Assembly (NCBI GenBank): GCA_963798085.1
Contig: CAWCRS010000002.1
Span: 96,001-160,000 of the forward strand
Reading direction: 5' to 3'
Source of the DNA: an uncultured Gemmatimonadales bacterium
GTDB lineage: Bacteria; Gemmatimonadota; Gemmatimonadetes; Longimicrobiales; RSA9
Length of the DNA stretch: 64,000 nucleotides
A program made the position numbers and the translations under genes. Shown here one piece after another: positions 61,911 to 64,000 of this stretch. The notes under the pieces were generated by a model. The model was not told the DNA's origin, made no database searches, and saw nothing but the letters and a program-made list of their open reading frames with translations. Every line of letters begins with the position of its first letter. The stretch's first letter is position 1.

Positions 61911-62927
61911 TCATCCTTCCGTGATGGGCGCTTCGGCCGTCTCCAGCACGGGGCTCTCGCCCAGGCCGCGGTGCGCCAGCCAGCGCTCGGCTTCGAGTGC
62001 GGCCATGCAGCCGGTGCCGGCCGCGGTGACGGCCTGACGGTAGTAGTCGTCCATCACATCGCCCGCGGCGAACACACCCTCCACACTGGTCTCCGTGCGC
62101 CACGGGTGCGGCAGCCGGATGTAGCCGTGCGGAGTCAGCTCCAGCTGACCGCGCAGAAATGCCGAGTTGGGCTGGTGGCCGATGGCCACGAACAGCCCGC
62201 CCACTGCGATGTCCTCGTGCTCACCGGTCACCGTGTTCCGCAGGCGCAGGCCCTCGATCTGGTCGTAGCCCAGCACCTCGGTCACGCTGCGGTTCCACAG
62301 CACACGGATGCGCGGGTGCTGCAACACGCGGTTAGACATGATGGGGGAGGCGCGGAACTGGTCGCGCCGGTGAATCACCAGCACCTGGCTGGCGAATTTG
62401 GTGGCGTACAGCGCCTCTTCCATGGCGGTGTCGCCACCGCCCACCACGGCCAGCACCTGGTTGCGGAAGCAGGGCAGCGCCGCGTCGCACACGGCGCAGG
62501 CGGAGACGCCGCCACCGGCCTGCGCCAGCCGCTCCTCGTTGGGCACGCCCAGCCAGCGCGCATTCGCGCCCGTCGCCACGACCACCGCCAGCGCCTCGAC
62601 CGGCTCACCATAACTGGGTGTCAGGCGGAAGGGATGGCTGCTCAGGTCGATGTCGGCGATGTTCTCCGAGACCACGCGCGTGCCGAAGCGCAGCGCCTGG
62701 TTGCGCAGGTGCTCCATCAGCTGGGGCCCGGTGATGCCCGCCGGGAACCCCGGGTAATTCTCGACCTCCGTCGTGATCATGAGCTGCCCGCCGGGCAGCA
62801 TGGTGCCCTGTGGCTCGCCCTCGAACACAATGGGGTGCAGGTTGGCACGGGCCGCGTACAGGGCCGCGGTCCAGCCAGCCGGACCCGACCCGATGATCAC
62901 GATCGTCTCGCGCTTCGATTCCGCCAT
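61911..62927 (-). CDS. trxB: Thioredoxin reductase
   Basis: GSGPAG, GGQL..VENYPGF, CAVCD, GGGDTA, FAAGDV, RQAVTAAG. Confidence 0.95.
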   Translation of the reverse strand: MAESKRETIVIIGSGPAGWTAALYAARANLHPIVFEGEPQGTMLPGGQLMITTEVENYPGFPAGITGPQLMEHLRNQALRFGTRVVSENIADIDLSSHPFRLTPSYGEPVEALAVVVATGANARWLGVPNEERLAQAGGGVSACAVCDAALPCFRNQVLAVVGGGDTAMEEALYATKFASQVLVIHRRDQFRASPIMSNRVLQHPRIRVLWNRSVTEVLGYDQIEGLRLRNTVTGEHEDIAVGGLFVAIGHQPNSAFLRGQLELTPHGYIRLPHPWRTETSVEGVFAAGDVMDDYYRQAVTAAGTGCMAALEAERWLAHRGLGESPVLETAEAPITEG

Positions 62928-63117
62928 GACGCCCTCCCCTGTACGAATCCAATGCGGTTCCCGGCGCCCGATCCGACGTTTCCTGCCACCTGCGCGGACC
63001 CGGCTGTACCGCAGCCGCTCAATGCTAACAACCTCTGCAAACCGCCGGCTACCACACTTGGGGGTAGCGGCAGCGCACGCAACGCAATATCTTCGGTAAA
63101 CCTTCGTTACGGAGTCG

Positions 63118-63831
63118 ATGACGATTTCACAGTCGCCCTGGCACCCCGAGAACGAAGTCGAGCGGCTCCTTTGCTCCCTCGCCGGAGTCGTGTCGGCCCG
63201 TGTAGTGGCCAATCCGCTGGGTCGTCTCGAAGAGATCCACATCCTGGCATCGCCCGCCCTCGGCGCCAAGCAGGTCGTGCGCAACGTGCAGTCCGCGCTC
63301 AGTGCCGGCCTCGGCATTGTCGTGGACCGTCGCATCATCAGCGTGGCGCAGATCCGGCCCAATGCGCTGGAGGCCGTCGAAGATGCCGAGGAGGCGGACG
63401 AGCTGGGCGGGGCACTCGCGGACACAGGCGCCTACACGCCCGCGGAGCGCGCCCGTCTCGTCTTCATGGGCTACGACGCCCACAGCCGTGCCCACACCAA
63501 TGCCGAGTGCCGTGTACGCATGCGTCGCGACGAGTTCGAGTTCACGGGTACCGGCGCAGGCGCCTCGAATGTGCTGGGCCGGGCGCAGGCCGGCGCACGC
63601 GCGGTGTTCGCCGCGGTTGCGGCCGCCATCGAAGAGGATGTCGTGGCGCTGGAGAGCGCGTCGCTCATCGAAACCCACGGTCGCACGTTCGTGCTGGTCG
63701 CCGCGCGTGCTGTCTCGGGGCGCGATGCCTTCCAGTTGACCGGGGTCGCCCGGCTGGACCGCGCACCCGAGGAAGCCGCGATCCTGGCTTCGCTGCAGGC
63801 GACCAACCGCTGGATCGCCCTCGGCGCCTGA
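63118..63831 (+). CDS. Conserved hypothetical protein
   Basis: GVVSARVV..EIHILA..KQVVRNVQSAL..DRRIISVAQ; C-terminal A..LQATNR. Confidence 0.75.
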   Translation: MTISQSPWHPENEVERLLCSLAGVVSARVVANPLGRLEEIHILASPALGAKQVVRNVQSALSAGLGIVVDRRIISVAQIRPNALEAVEDAEEADELGGALADTGAYTPAERARLVFMGYDAHSRAHTNAECRVRMRRDEFEFTGTGAGASNVLGRAQAGARAVFAAVAAAIEEDVVALESASLIETHGRTFVLVAARAVSGRDAFQLTGVARLDRAPEEAAILASLQATNRWIALGA

Positions 63832-63841
63832 CGCCGGCCGA

Positions 63842-64000
63842 ATGAGCGACGAGCAGAACGGCTCGCAGGAGGCGGCACACGATCTGGAGCTCTGGCTCGT
63901 GCACGCCCTCGAGCAGCTCCCCGGTGTCCTCGCCGCCGCTGTCTGGCTCGCCGACCTGAAGCATGTCCGTGCGGTCCATATTACCGCGGCGCCCACCGCC
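63842..64000 (+). CDS. Hypothetical protein, probable paralog of 63118..63831 (partial)
   Basis: MSDEQ..LEQLPGVLAAAVWL..VHITAAP resembles LCSLAGVVSARVV..IHILASP. Confidence 0.55.
   Translation, partial: MSDEQNGSQEAAHDLELWLVHALEQLPGVLAAAVWLADLKHVRAVHITAAPTA

Noticed and set aside
1..64000. CRISPR array, cas genes, transposases
   Set aside because: No regularly spaced repeats or recognisable proteins seen.

Overview
High-GC bacterial chromosomal segment, probably Gemmatimonadota (inferred from gene content and intergenic repeat style, not tested). It holds mostly housekeeping operons: phoB-phoR-porin-pstB-phoU, ppx with two thymidylate-kinase-like genes, mgtE, a Lon paralog, a transglutaminase/ABC operon, fadD, a pterin operon (PTPS-folE-SDR-queD), fumC, tupABC and trxB. 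It also carries rnpB, tRNA-Arg(CCG) and a promoter/terminator-bounded structured RNA. Main points of interest: (1) all 13 apparent frameshifts are net +1 and, with several C>T changes, map to CATC/GATG, which suggests motif-specific sequencing error caused by a DNA modification rather than gene decay; (2) an orphan cholera/pertussis-type ADP-ribosyltransferase with a C-terminal C2HC zinc finger next to tRNA-Arg; (3) a candidate heteromeric polyphosphate kinase pair in the ppx/pho cluster; (4) a 6S-like or riboswitch-like RNA ahead of the pterin operon; (5) a CHAT protease / anti-sigma / ECF sigma / surface lipoprotein module. No CRISPR array, transposase or integrase was seen. All calls are by eye; no database searches were run.
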